This document shows, in pieces, positions 26,543 through 37,361 of a stretch of DNA of 52,348 nucleotides (the stretch's first letter is position 1; each line of letters begins with the position of its first letter). The notes beneath the pieces are model-generated. The model was not told the DNA's origin, did no database searches, and saw only the letters and a list, made by a program, of their open reading frames with translations. Source of the stretch: Anaerovoracaceae bacterium (lineage in GTDB: Bacteria > Bacillota > Clostridia > Peptostreptococcales > Anaerovoracaceae). The position numbers and the translations under genes are program-made. Location of the stretch: the NCBI GenBank assembly GCA_963590215.1, contig CAVAON010000003.1:1-52348 (forward strand). The letters are read 5' to 3'.

Positions 26543-28501
26543 ATGATAATATTATCAGCAAATGACATTACAAAAACATATGGGACAGACGTGATATTGC
26601 AGGACATATCATTTCACATAAACAAAGGTGATAGAGTAGGAATTATCGGCCTTAACGGTGCAGGCAAAACCACTTTGCTTAATATACTTGCAGGTGAGCT
26701 TGATGCAGATAATGGCAATGTATATATTTCGAATGATACAACTATAGGTTATCTGCGCCAGAATGACGATTTCACATCAGAAAACACTGTTATAGAAGAA
26801 ATAGACAGCATTTTTACAAAGCTTCATGAAATGGAAGAGAAGATGCCTGCTCTTTCACAGGAAATCGCAAGAGCTACTTCCTCTGGAAACAAATCTGCAC
26901 AGGAAATAGAGATTATGCTCAACAGATATGATCAGCTGCAGGAGGATTATGACAGAGCGGGTGGTTACACATACAAAGGTGAAATTAAAGGTGTGCTTTC
27001 GAGCATGGCATTTACAGAAGATGATTATGCAAAAAAAATAAGCATGCTGTCGGGAGGCGAGAGAACAAGACTTGCACTTTGCTGCCTGCTCCTCAAAAAA
27101 CCCGGCATCCTTATACTCGATGAGCCCACAAATCATCTTGATATAGGCACACTCAAATGGCTGGAGCAGTACATCAAGGCATACAGCGGCACTATCATAA
27201 TTGTGTCTCATGACAGATATTTTCTTGATCAGAGTGTAAACAGGATATTTGAAATCTCAAATCACAAATTGAGAATATATGAAGGAAACTACTCCGAATA
27301 TGCAATTAAACGCAAAGAAATACGTGAAAACGAAATAAGGGCATATCAGAAGCAGCAGACTGAAATATCAAGACAGGAAGAAATGATAAGGCGAATGAAG
27401 GAGAGAGGCACAGAAAAGCTTGCAAAGCGCGCGGCCTCAAGGGAAAAACGCCTTGAACATATCGAAAGACTCGAAATGCCTGACTCAGTGACAGGTAAGA
27501 TGAAACTTCATTTCAAAGAGAACTTCAAAAGCGGAAATGATGTTTTCATAGCTGAGGGACTGGCAAAGAGCTTCGGATACGGCCCGGAGCGTAAAGAGCT
27601 GTTTCATGATATAAACCTTGATATCAAACGTGGTGAGAGAATATGCATAGTAGGCCCTAACGGTGTAGGCAAAACTACACTTTTGAGAATTATTCTTGAT
27701 CAGCTTGAGCCTGATTCAGGCAGGATTAAAACAGGCTACAATGTGGCATTTGCATATTATGATCAGGGGCAGAGACTGCTTAACCCGGCAAATACCGTAC
27801 TTGAAGAACTCAAAGAATCATATAGACTTTATACTGATACTGAAATGCGCTCGATTCTTGGTAGATTTCTGTTCAGAAATGAAGATGTTTTCATTAAAGT
27901 AGGCTCACTTTCCGGTGGCGAAAAAGCAAGACTCTCTCTGATTAAGATAATGCTTTGCGGTGCCAATGTTCTGGTGCTTGATGAACCTACCAATCACCTA
28001 GACATTGATTCTAAAGAGGTATTTGAAGAGGCCCTTTTGGAATTCCCGGGGACGGTCATAGTTGTATCTCATGACAGATATTTTCTCAATAGGATTCCGA
28101 CCAGAATACTGGAGCTTGAAAAAGATGGGATACACGAATTCCTTGGCACATATGACTATTATATAGAAAAAAAACAGCAGATTGAATCAGGCAAAAAATA
28201 TTTAAATGAAATGTCAGCACAGGGCAGGCAGAAGGAAATATCAGGGGAAACAGATTCTGCGCAGGAACGTCGCATCAAAAAGGAGCATGAAGCGGCTAAA
28301 CGAAGGAAAGAAAGGGAGCTTTCACGTCTTGAAGAGAAAATTGCCCAACTTGAAATTTCAATAAGCGATATTGAGGAACAGATGTGTTCCGGAGAGAATC
28401 TTTCAGACCATATCAAACTTGCAGCGCTTGATGAAGAATGCCAAAAACAAAAAAAAGAGCTTGCGGCAGTTTATGACAGATGGATGGAAATTCAGGAATA
28501 A
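26543..28501 (+). CDS. ABC-F family ATPase (two ABC domains, no TM domain)
   Basis: Two Walker A boxes (GLNGAGKTT, GPNGVGKTT), two LSGGE signatures, an inter-domain linker and a charged coiled-coil C-terminus. Confidence 0.85.
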   Translation: MIILSANDITKTYGTDVILQDISFHINKGDRVGIIGLNGAGKTTLLNILAGELDADNGNVYISNDTTIGYLRQNDDFTSENTVIEEIDSIFTKLHEMEEKMPALSQEIARATSSGNKSAQEIEIMLNRYDQLQEDYDRAGGYTYKGEIKGVLSSMAFTEDDYAKKISMLSGGERTRLALCCLLLKKPGILILDEPTNHLDIGTLKWLEQYIKAYSGTIIIVSHDRYFLDQSVNRIFEISNHKLRIYEGNYSEYAIKRKEIRENEIRAYQKQQTEISRQEEMIRRMKERGTEKLAKRAASREKRLEHIERLEMPDSVTGKMKLHFKENFKSGNDVFIAEGLAKSFGYGPERKELFHDINLDIKRGERICIVGPNGVGKTTLLRIILDQLEPDSGRIKTGYNVAFAYYDQGQRLLNPANTVLEELKESYRLYTDTEMRSILGRFLFRNEDVFIKVGSLSGGEKARLSLIKIMLCGANVLVLDEPTNHLDIDSKEVFEEALLEFPGTVIVVSHDRYFLNRIPTRILELEKDGIHEFLGTYDYYIEKKQQIESGKKYLNEMSAQGRQKEISGETDSAQERRIKKEHEAAKRRKERELSRLEEKIAQLEISISDIEEQMCSGENLSDHIKLAALDEECQKQKKELAAVYDRWMEIQE

Positions 28502-28513
28502 GCCAAAAAAACA

Positions 28514-28542
28514 TTGCAATATATAATTGTATATTCTATAAT
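28514..28542 (+). promoter_or_regulatory. sigma-A promoter upstream of acpP
   Basis: TTGCAA (28514-28519), 17-nt spacer, TATAAT (28537-28542). Confidence 0.6.
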
Positions 28543-28646
28543 AACCTTGACATATTCACAAGTTGAAATCAAAAGGCTGCAGTATGATTACTACGGTACA
28601 TTGCAGCATACTATAAACCCGCAGAAATAAATGGAGGATTTAACAT

Positions 28647-28874
28647 ATGGTTTTTGAAAAAGTAAAGGAAATAATAGTAGAGCAGCTTGGCGTAAACGAA
28701 AATGATGTTACAATTGATACACATCTGATGAAAGATCTTGAAGCAGATTCTCTTGATGCTGTTGAGATAATCATGGCAATAGAAGACGAATACGGCATAG
28801 AGATTCCTGATGAGGATGCTGAGAAATTCCAGAGCGTAAGTGACCTGGTAAAATTCATTGAAGCAAACATATAA
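28647..28874 (+). CDS. acpP: acyl carrier protein
   Basis: 75 aa with LEADSLDAVEIIMAIEDEYGIEIPDE (DSLD phosphopantetheine site). GGAGGA RBS. Confidence 0.9.
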   Translation: MVFEKVKEIIVEQLGVNENDVTIDTHLMKDLEADSLDAVEIIMAIEDEYGIEIPDEDAEKFQSVSDLVKFIEANI

Positions 28875-28888
28875 CTTGACAAAAACAC

Positions 28889-28916
28889 ATCCCCGCTTTT
28901 GCAGCGGGATTTTTTC
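28889..28916 (+). terminator. intrinsic terminator after acpP
   Basis: ATCCCCGC / GCGGGAT stem (one bulge) followed by TTTTT. Confidence 0.7.
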
Positions 28917-28942
28917 AAAATATACTGACGGAGGGGCATTAG

Positions 28943-29695
28943 ATGAAAGATGAGACTAAAATTTCACAGGCGGTAATCAAGAGATTGCCCAGATACAGAA
29001 GATATCTGGGAGAGTTAAAGCGCAAAGGCGTTGACAAGATATCGTCAAATGAGTTCAGCAAGCTGATAGGATATACAGCATCCCAGATTAGACAGGATCT
29101 CAACAATTTCGGAGGCTTCGGGCAGCAGGGATACGGATATAATGTAAATGCACTTTATAATGAAATAAGTGCAATACTCGGACTTGACAAGCAATACAAA
29201 ATGGTCATCATGGGAGCAGGTAATCTCGGGCAGGCAATAGTAAATTATACATACTATTACAAAACAGGATTTATGGTATGCGGTGTCTTTGAAATCAATC
29301 CGAGACTTATAGGCATTAAGATTAATGACATAGACGTAATGGATTACGAAAACACTGTAGATTATGTTGAAGAAAACAACATTGATATAGGTATAATATG
29401 CACCACCAAAGAAAACGCGCAGGAAGTTGCAGATAGACTGTGCTTTGCAGGAATTAAAGGGATATGGAATTTTGCTCCTGTTGATCTTGAGGTACCAAGC
29501 TATGTAGCGCTTGAAAACGTGCAGCTTTCGGAGAGTCTTCATTCTCTGGCATATCATATCAACAGAGAATCTGCAAGCCAGAAGGAAATCAAAGAAATCA
29601 AAGAGAAATGCAACAAATGCTCAGAGAGAGGCGAGGAATGCAAAAAACGAGGAGAAATATGTCCTTATGAGGTGCAAAATTCTTCGGCAAAATAA
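28943..29695 (+). CDS. rex: redox-sensing transcriptional repressor Rex with Cys-rich C-terminal tail
   Basis: VIKRLPRYRRYL...SSNEFSKLIGYTASQIRQDLNNFGGFGQQGYGYNV and the Rossmann motif MGAGNLGQA. About 40 extra C-terminal residues containing CNKC-X6-C-X7-C. Confidence 0.9.
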   Translation: MKDETKISQAVIKRLPRYRRYLGELKRKGVDKISSNEFSKLIGYTASQIRQDLNNFGGFGQQGYGYNVNALYNEISAILGLDKQYKMVIMGAGNLGQAIVNYTYYYKTGFMVCGVFEINPRLIGIKINDIDVMDYENTVDYVEENNIDIGIICTTKENAQEVADRLCFAGIKGIWNFAPVDLEVPSYVALENVQLSESLHSLAYHINRESASQKEIKEIKEKCNKCSERGEECKKRGEICPYEVQNSSAK

Positions 29696-29728
29696 AAGGC
29701 AGGAATGGTTTGCATATCCAGAAAGCAA

Positions 29729-29756
29729 AATAACCGTTTCGTAAGAAACGGTTATT
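29729..29756. terminator. bidirectional terminator between rex and the ferredoxin gene
   Basis: AATAACCGTTTC-GTAA-GAAACGGTTATT perfect 12-bp stem. Confidence 0.75.
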
Positions 29757-29779
29757 GATATTTAATATGCTTTTGTATG

Positions 29780-29947
29780 CTACTCTTCTACAGGAGCATC
29801 AACTGGACATGCGTTAGCGCAAGCTCCACAATCGATGCACTTGTCTTCGTCTATTGAATAGACAGCTCCTTCTGAAATAGCATCAGTAGGGCATTCAGCT
29901 GTGCAAGCGCCGCAAGCGATACAAGCATCTGTGATTTTGTAAGCCAT
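29780..29947 (-). CDS. clostridial-type 2[4Fe-4S] ferredoxin (55 aa; below ORF-track cutoff)
   Basis: Own translation: [55 protein letters not shown]. Two CxxCxxCxxxCP motifs. AAAGGAGG RBS 7 nt upstream. Confidence 0.9.
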   Translation of the reverse strand: MAYKITDACIACGACTAECPTDAISEGAVYSIDEDKCIDCGACANACPVDAPVEE

Positions 29948-29988
29948 TATGTAACCTCCTTTAGATTTATCGTTAAGATATACTACAC

Positions 29989-30017
29989 ATTATAGCAGAA
30001 CGATATGGAGAAGTAAA
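29989..30017 (-). promoter_or_regulatory. promoter of the ferredoxin gene
   Basis: Minus strand: TTTACT (30017-30012), 17-nt spacer, TGc-TATAAT extended -10 (hexamer 29994-29989). Confidence 0.55.
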
Positions 30018-30018
30018 G

Positions 30019-30828
30019 ATGAAAGTTTACGCATTGGTCGGAAAAAGCGGTACAGGCAAAAGTTATCAGGCTGTAAACCTGTGCAAAGAACTTAATATAG
30101 AAGCTATTATTGACGATGGATTATTTATAAAAGGTAATGACATCATTGCAGGCATCTCTGCCAAAAGACAGACAACTATGATAGGGGCAATCAAGACGGC
30201 ACTGTTTACAACAGATGAGCACAAAGATTCGGTTGTAAACAGCATTAAAAAGGTTGCACCCAAAAGCATATTGATTCTTGGCACTTCTGATGAGATGGCA
30301 AACAGGATAGCGGCAAGGCTTGAACTCCCGGAAATCGGGAAAAGAATACGCATAGAGCAGATAACCACCGAAAAAGAACGTGAAGAGGCAAGGCATCAAA
30401 GGCGTGATTTCGGTAAGCATGTAATACCTGTACCCACGTTTCAGCTCAAACGTGATTTTGCGGGATATTTTATGGACCCGCTCAAGATATTCAGGACATG
30501 GGGTAAAAACAAAGGCAGTATTTTTTCGGAAAAATCAGTAGTGAGGCCAACATACAGCTATCTGGGAGATTATATGATATCTGATAAAGTTATTGAAGAT
30601 ATAATTTTTAATGTGATTCAGAGGGCAGGCAGTGTCCGTAGTGTTGTCAGGACAGATATACTTTTGCATGAGGAACGTCTGAAAATAAAGATACTCATAT
30701 TTATGCAAAAAGGCTGCAATATCATCAAAGAAGCCCGGGAACTTCAAAAATCAATAAACAAAAAAATAGACTATATGACGGCTTTCAATGTAGACCGTGT
30801 TGACATTGAAGTGCGGGGGATAAAATAA
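30019..30828 (+). CDS. P-loop NTPase fused to an Asp23/Gls24-like domain
   Basis: N-terminal Walker A (VGKSGTGKS) with a Walker-B-like ILILGTSD. The C-terminal ~90 aa (GDYMISDKVIEDIIFNVIQRAGSV...VDRVDIEVRGIK) follow the Asp23 family pattern. Confidence 0.55.
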   Translation: MKVYALVGKSGTGKSYQAVNLCKELNIEAIIDDGLFIKGNDIIAGISAKRQTTMIGAIKTALFTTDEHKDSVVNSIKKVAPKSILILGTSDEMANRIAARLELPEIGKRIRIEQITTEKEREEARHQRRDFGKHVIPVPTFQLKRDFAGYFMDPLKIFRTWGKNKGSIFSEKSVVRPTYSYLGDYMISDKVIEDIIFNVIQRAGSVRSVVRTDILLHEERLKIKILIFMQKGCNIIKEARELQKSINKKIDYMTAFNVDRVDIEVRGIK

Positions 30829-31682
30829 TGATTGAAATCACAGGCATAAAAGATTTTGATACAGATCATACATTTGACTGTGGGCAGTGCTTCAGATGGA
30901 ACAGAGAAGATGACGGGAGCTACAGCGGTATTGCAGGAAATAAAATTGCAAACATATCATACAAAAATGGTACTGTGACTATAGACAATGCAGAGCAGGA
31001 AGAACTTCGCTTCTGGAAAAACTATCTTGATCTTGACAGGGATTATGGGATTATCAAAGAAATTCTTTCCTCAAAAGATGAGGTTGTCAGCAAAGCCATA
31101 GAATACGGTTCCGGCATCAGAATACTGAATCAGGATAAATGGGAAACCATAATCTCCTTTATAATTTCGCAGAACAACAATATTCCAAGAATCAAAGGAT
31201 GTATTGAAAATCTGTGCAATAACTTCGGGGAGACGGCAGGCGTGTTCAAAGGAGTTGAGTATCATTCAATGCCGGAACCGCAGGTTTTGGCATCACTTGA
31301 TGTTAATGATCTTGAACCTGTAAAGCTCGGATACAGAGCCAGATATATCATAGAAGCTGCAAAACAGATAACAAAAGATGGCGGGAGAGAATTTCTTGAT
31401 AAAACTTTTAACAGAGGTGCATCAGGCGATGAAATATATGATTATCTGATGGGGCTCTGCGGAGTGGGGCCTAAGGTTGCAAACTGCATAATGCTTTTTT
31501 GCATGCAGCAATATGACAGCTTTCCTATAGATGTATGGGTCAGGAGAGTTATGAACAGGCTGTATGGCTTTGATGAGTCGGATATCAAAGGAATGAAGAC
31601 ATTTGCGGCCGACAGATTTATGAGCCTTGGCGGATTTGCACAGCAGTATCTGTTCTATTTTATAAGAAGTTTTGAAAAATGA
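30828..31682 (+). CDS. ogg: 8-oxoguanine DNA glycosylase/AP lyase (HhH-GPD, Ogg type)
   Basis: HhH-GPD segment LMGLCGVGPKVANCIMLF...FPIDVWV with catalytic Lys/Asp context, plus an OGG-like N-terminal domain. Confidence 0.75.
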   Translation: MIEITGIKDFDTDHTFDCGQCFRWNREDDGSYSGIAGNKIANISYKNGTVTIDNAEQEELRFWKNYLDLDRDYGIIKEILSSKDEVVSKAIEYGSGIRILNQDKWETIISFIISQNNNIPRIKGCIENLCNNFGETAGVFKGVEYHSMPEPQVLASLDVNDLEPVKLGYRARYIIEAAKQITKDGGREFLDKTFNRGASGDEIYDYLMGLCGVGPKVANCIMLFCMQQYDSFPIDVWVRRVMNRLYGFDESDIKGMKTFAADRFMSLGGFAQQYLFYFIRSFEK

Positions 31683-31703
31683 TATAAAACTCGTGAAATA
31701 GTA

Positions 31704-31731
31704 TTGACAATACAAAAAAACGAGTTAAAAT
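31704..31731 (+). promoter_or_regulatory. sigma-A promoter of groESL
   Basis: TTGACA (31704-31709), 16-nt spacer, TAAAAT (31726-31731). Confidence 0.7.
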
Positions 31732-31735
31732 ATAG

Positions 31736-31762
31736 TTAGCACTCGAAAGTAGTGAGTGCTAA
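31736..31762 (+). promoter_or_regulatory. CIRCE element (HrcA operator)
   Basis: Perfect TTAGCACTC-N9-GAGTGCTAA. Confidence 0.9.
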
Positions 31763-31806
31763 CAAGCGAGTTAACAATATAACTTAGATAGAGAGGAGAC
31801 GTCAGA

Positions 31807-32085
31807 ATGAGTTTTGGAATTAAACCTCTGGGTGACAAAGTAGTAATCAAGAGAGAAGAAGCAGAAGAAAAAACAGCCAGCGGGCTTATTATAGCAAGCC
31901 AGGCAAAAGAACAGCCTCAGATTGCCGAAGTAATGGCAGTAGGCCCGGGAACAGATGAATGCAAAATGGAAGTAAAGGTTGGAGACAAAGTAATCTTTGC
32001 AAAATACGGCGGTATGGAGATCAAATACGAAGGAGAAGTTTATACAATCCTTGGCCAGAGAGACATTATGGCTGTTATAGAATAA
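31807..32085 (+). CDS. groES: co-chaperonin GroES
   Basis: 92 aa: IKPLGDKVVIK...ASGLII...VGDKVIF.KYGG. Confidence 0.95.
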   Translation: MSFGIKPLGDKVVIKREEAEEKTASGLIIASQAKEQPQIAEVMAVGPGTDECKMEVKVGDKVIFAKYGGMEIKYEGEVYTILGQRDIMAVIE

Positions 32086-32088
32086 TAG

Positions 32089-33732
<1,644 letters not shown>

Positions 33733-33762
33733 AGAGCCTTAATAGTAAATATCTGAATATGG

Positions 33763-33790
33763 AACCGCTCGGAAAACCGGGCGGTTTTTT
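33763..33790 (+). terminator. intrinsic terminator after groEL
   Basis: AACCGCTCGG-AAAA-CCGGGCGGTT followed by TTTTT. Confidence 0.8.
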
Positions 33791-33953
33791 GTGGTGTAAA
33801 AATCTGTTGCTGCATCTAAAAAAGCATACAAATACAGGTTATCTGGCAAAGCGATACGTACAGTTGTTGCTCAGACAACATATTGAATGATAAGTTTGTG
33901 GTATACTCAGTGCAAATATAAATTGTTCAGTATTTAATAAATGGGAGGATTTT

Positions 33954-34745
33954 ATGAAAAAAATACTTACAATCACATTAGCAGTTATCATGGCATTGTC
34001 AGTAGCAATGCTGGCAGGTTGTGGCAGTGATGACACAGCTACTACAGAAGAAAAACCGGAAGTTACTGTACTTGCAGCAGCAAGTCTGACAGATGCACTT
34101 GATGAAATAATCGCAGAGTACGAAAAAGATGCAGACTGCACTATAACACCAAGCTATGCAGGTTCAGGAGATCTGGTACAGCAGATTAAGGGCGGAGCTC
34201 CTTGCGATATCTTTGTTTCAGCTTCAAAGAGCAACATGGACGACCTTGAAAAAGAAGACTATATCAACACTGATACAAGAAAAGACCTTCTTGGAAACAC
34301 TCTGACCCTTGTAGCTACCATCGAGAAAAAAGATGATGTAAGCATGGACAACCTGACTTCAGACAAAGTAGGTTCAATTTCAATCGGTGAGGTTGACACA
34401 GTTCCTGCAGGTAAATATGCTTCACAGGTATTTGATAACCTGGGAATCACTGATGCGATCAGCGACAAGATTGTTTATGCAAAAGACGTAAGAGCCGTAC
34501 TTAACTATGTTGAAACAGGCGATGCTGACTGCGGATTTGTTTACAAGACAGACGCACTCACTATGGACGAAACCAAAGGCGTAGTAGTTGAAGATGTTGC
34601 AGAAGATCTTCATGACGCTATCGTATATCCTGCTGCTATCATGAAGGATGCTCCACAGGCTGATGCTGCTGCTGATTTCTATGAATTTATGCAGGGTGAT
34701 TTTGCTAAAGAAGTATTTGAAAAATACGGATTCACAGTAAAATAA
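33954..34745 (+). CDS. modA: molybdate ABC transporter substrate-binding lipoprotein
   Basis: Lipobox LAGCGS. AAASLTDAL...SYAGSG..L..QI..GAP.DIF.SAS and VPAGKYA motifs of ModA. Confidence 0.9.
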   Translation: MKKILTITLAVIMALSVAMLAGCGSDDTATTEEKPEVTVLAAASLTDALDEIIAEYEKDADCTITPSYAGSGDLVQQIKGGAPCDIFVSASKSNMDDLEKEDYINTDTRKDLLGNTLTLVATIEKKDDVSMDNLTSDKVGSISIGEVDTVPAGKYASQVFDNLGITDAISDKIVYAKDVRAVLNYVETGDADCGFVYKTDALTMDETKGVVVEDVAEDLHDAIVYPAAIMKDAPQADAAADFYEFMQGDFAKEVFEKYGFTVK

Positions 34746-34770
34746 GAAAAAGTGAGAGAATTAATTTAAA

Positions 34771-35445
34771 ATGTATGAACCAATTATTCTATCAGTAAAA
34801 GTCGCATTGCTTGCGACAGTAATAGCGTTTTTCCTGGGAGTGTTCTTCGCTTATCTGCTTACCAAGCGGAGAGTCCCGGGCAAGAATATATGGGAGACAA
34901 TCCTTATACTCCCGATGATTCTGCCGCCGTCTATTGTAGGATATTTGCTTCTGAAAGCTTTCGGGAAGAGAGGCTTCATTGGAGCCTTTCTTCTCGATAC
35001 ATTTGGCATCCAGGTAGTGTTTACCTGGATTGCTTGTGTTATAGCGGCAAGTGTAGTTGCGCTGCCGCTGATGTATCAGAATGCAAAAGGCGCGTTTCAA
35101 AGTGTCGATCCGAGTCTTGAGCTTGCTGCCAAAACACTGGGCAGCAGCCCTTTCAAGGTATTTCGTACAGTTACTTTTCCGTTATCAGGTCCCGGCATCA
35201 TAAGCGGCATAGTGCTTACATTTGCACGTGCTCTTGGTGAGTTTGGTGCGACACTGATGCTTGCGGGCAACATACCGGGTAAGACTCAGACTATCCCGAC
35301 GGCAATATATTATTCAGTAGTTACAGGTAAGGAGGACAAGGCTATGAGCCTTGTTGTAGTTATGGTGGTTTTCAGTTTCGCACTGGTATTCGGTCTGAAT
35401 ATGTGGCTGAAAAAAAGAAATCACAGAGACAATATGAAGAGGTGA
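34771..35445 (+). CDS. modB: molybdate ABC transporter permease
   Basis: 224 aa, 5 TM segments, EAA-loop ELAAKTLGSSPFKVFRTVTFPL, and ARALGEFGATLMLAGNIPG typical of ModB. Confidence 0.9.
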   Translation: MYEPIILSVKVALLATVIAFFLGVFFAYLLTKRRVPGKNIWETILILPMILPPSIVGYLLLKAFGKRGFIGAFLLDTFGIQVVFTWIACVIAASVVALPLMYQNAKGAFQSVDPSLELAAKTLGSSPFKVFRTVTFPLSGPGIISGIVLTFARALGEFGATLMLAGNIPGKTQTIPTAIYYSVVTGKEDKAMSLVVVMVVFSFALVFGLNMWLKKRNHRDNMKR

Positions 35446-35452
35446 GCGGCGT

Positions 35453-36127
35453 ATGGGTGTTTCATTCAGACTTCTGAAAAAACTGAACTATTTTTCCCTT
35501 GATATAGATTTTACAATGGAAAACGAACTCCTCGTAATAGAAGGAGCCTCCGGTGCGGGGAAAACAACGATACTCAACTGTCTGGCAGGCATAGTGACTC
35601 CCGATGAGGGAGTAATCAATGTTGACGGCAGGATTCTTTTCAGTCATGACGACAAGATAAATGTTCCGGCAGAAAAACGCAATATCGGCTATCTTTTTCA
35701 GAACTATGCTCTTTTTCCGCATATGACCGTAAAACAGAATGTGCTTTACGGACTCAAAAACAAGAAATCATACAGAGCGAGAACCGAAAAAAAAGAGCTG
35801 CTTGAGTATGCAGGGTATATGATGGAGACACTGGGGATCTCACATCTTGCAGATAAAAACGCAACAGCAATATCAGGCGGAGAAAAGCAGCGTGTGGCTC
35901 TGGCAAGGGCAATGGTGACAAAGCCGTCGCTGCTGCTTTTGGACGAACCGTTTTCTGCACTTGATGAAAATACTAAACAAAAAATATATGATGAGTTTAT
36001 GGCATTCAGAGAAACTCTCAAAATTCCGACAATACTCATAACTCACAACCATCGTGAAACGGAGCTTTTTGCGGATATAAATATAACGCTGAAGGAAGGC
36101 AAGGTGATAGCAAGTGAAAGAAGTTGA
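35453..36127 (+). CDS. modC: ABC transporter ATP-binding protein (ModC-like, no TOBE domain)
   Basis: Walker A GASGAGKTT, signature ISGGEKQR, Walker B LLLLDEP. Gene order follows modAB. Confidence 0.75.
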   Translation: MGVSFRLLKKLNYFSLDIDFTMENELLVIEGASGAGKTTILNCLAGIVTPDEGVINVDGRILFSHDDKINVPAEKRNIGYLFQNYALFPHMTVKQNVLYGLKNKKSYRARTEKKELLEYAGYMMETLGISHLADKNATAISGGEKQRVALARAMVTKPSLLLLDEPFSALDENTKQKIYDEFMAFRETLKIPTILITHNHRETELFADINITLKEGKVIASERS

Positions 36128-37133
36128 TGTTAAGAATGCGGTGGGAACCGTACTGGCTCACGATCTGACGCAGATAATTCCTGGTGAATACAAGGGGGCG
36201 AAATTCAAAAAAGGTCATGTAATATCAGAAGATGATATCCCTTTGCTCCTTTCAATGGGCAAAAAACATCTGTTTGTTCTCGAAAAGGATGATGACGATG
36301 TTCATGAAAACGAGGCTGCATACAGGATAGCATCTAAAGCCGCAGGCAGGGGCATTGATCTGTCGAAACCCTCAGAAGGCAAAATTGAGCTTCGTGCAGC
36401 CACAGACGGACTTCTCAAGATAGACAGGGAAAGGCTTTTCAGGCTGGTATCTCAGGATGAGATAATGTTTGCCACGACGCACGAAAATATAGTGGTGAGA
36501 AAAGGTGACAAACTGGCAGGCACTAGAATAATACCTCTTTTTGTGGCGGAGTCTGTGATGCAGACGGCGGAGCAGACTTTAGAGTCGGGACCTCTGGTGG
36601 AGATAGTGCCTCTAAAGAATATGAAAGTTGGGGTTGTGACTACCGGAAGCGAGATATACAACGGGATTATAGAGGATGCTTTCGGGCCTGTGCTTGTAAG
36701 GAAATTCGGAGAGCTGGGCAGTAGCGTCGAAAAACAGCTCTTTGCAGACGATGATGATGAGATGATCGCAGACTGCATCAGGCAGCTTGTGGACGAGGGT
36801 ATGGATATTATCGGTATTACAGGCGGGATGTCTGTGGATCCTGATGACAGGACCCCTTCGGGTATCAGACTTGCGGGTGGAGAGGTTGTAAGCTATGGCG
36901 CTCCGGTACTTCCCGGTGCCATGTTTATGCTGTCATATATAGGCGATATTCCTGTGGTTGGACTGCCGGGAGGTGTTATGTACAGTCGCACCAGCGTATT
37001 CGATCTGATCGTGCCAAGACTTCTGGCAGGAGAGAGAGTTACCAAGGATGATATAAACAGGCTGGCTCATGGCGGACTGTGCCTTGGCTGCGAAACCTGT
37101 ACATATCCTGCGTGCGGATTCGGGAAAGCATAG
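36114..37133 (+). CDS. molybdopterin-binding (MoeA-N/MoCF-binding-like) protein
   Basis: GTG start overlapping modC. MoeA-like N-terminus (VDVKNAVGTVLAHDL) and a MoCF-BD-like core (VGVVTTGSE...ITGGMSVDPDD). C-terminal CLGCETCTYPAC (CX2CX2CX4C) motif. Confidence 0.6.
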   Translation: MKEVDVKNAVGTVLAHDLTQIIPGEYKGAKFKKGHVISEDDIPLLLSMGKKHLFVLEKDDDDVHENEAAYRIASKAAGRGIDLSKPSEGKIELRAATDGLLKIDRERLFRLVSQDEIMFATTHENIVVRKGDKLAGTRIIPLFVAESVMQTAEQTLESGPLVEIVPLKNMKVGVVTTGSEIYNGIIEDAFGPVLVRKFGELGSSVEKQLFADDDDEMIADCIRQLVDEGMDIIGITGGMSVDPDDRTPSGIRLAGGEVVSYGAPVLPGAMFMLSYIGDIPVVGLPGGVMYSRTSVFDLIVPRLLAGERVTKDDINRLAHGGLCLGCETCTYPACGFGKA

Positions 37134-37185
37134 ATTCCCGATTGTGAAGTTCTGCAGGTTTTGCATGGAAACAATAATTTTCACC

Positions 37186-37214
37186 TTGAAAAACAGAAGT
37201 CTATGTGCTAATAT
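37186..37214 (+). promoter_or_regulatory. strong sigma-A promoter of a small RNA
   Basis: TTGAAA (37186-37191), 17-nt spacer, TGc-TAATAT extended -10 (37209-37214). Confidence 0.6.
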
Positions 37215-37220
37215 AGACAT

Positions 37221-37310
37221 ATGAAAAGACGAGGCTTTGCGGCTTCGCCGAAAGGGTTTTAGCTACTTAGTAGCTTTACCGCTCTTGGTATCAGCAGGAG
37301 CGGCTTTTTT
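37221..37310 (+). ncRNA. candidate ~90-nt sRNA antisense to the 3' end of a 32-codon ORF
   Basis: Bounded by the promoter above and the terminator at 37279-37310. Internal hairpins at 37230-37247 and 37261-37275. No family recognised. Confidence 0.45.
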
Positions 37311-37361
37311 AATCTTAGAGATTGTTATCCTAATGCGCTTCAGTGTAATAGTAATTCTCAT
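37263..37361 (-). CDS. 32-aa highly basic small protein (unannotated, below ORF-track cutoff)
   Basis: Own translation: MRITITLKRIRITISKIKKAAPADTKSGKATK. AAAGGAGG RBS with 8-nt spacing to the ATG (37361). Two upstream TGGTATAAT boxes. Confidence 0.45.
   Translation of the reverse strand: MRITITLKRIRITISKIKKAAPADTKSGKATK
37279..37310 (+). terminator. intrinsic terminator of the candidate sRNA
   Basis: CCGCTCTTG / CAGGAGCGG 9-bp stem (one G-U), 7-nt loop, then C-TTTTTT. Confidence 0.75.

Noticed and set aside
33791-33953. Looked for a Moco riboswitch upstream of modA.
   Set aside because: I could not find the conserved Moco-motif core or any extended stem architecture. The region looks like a plain AT-rich promoter/RBS region.
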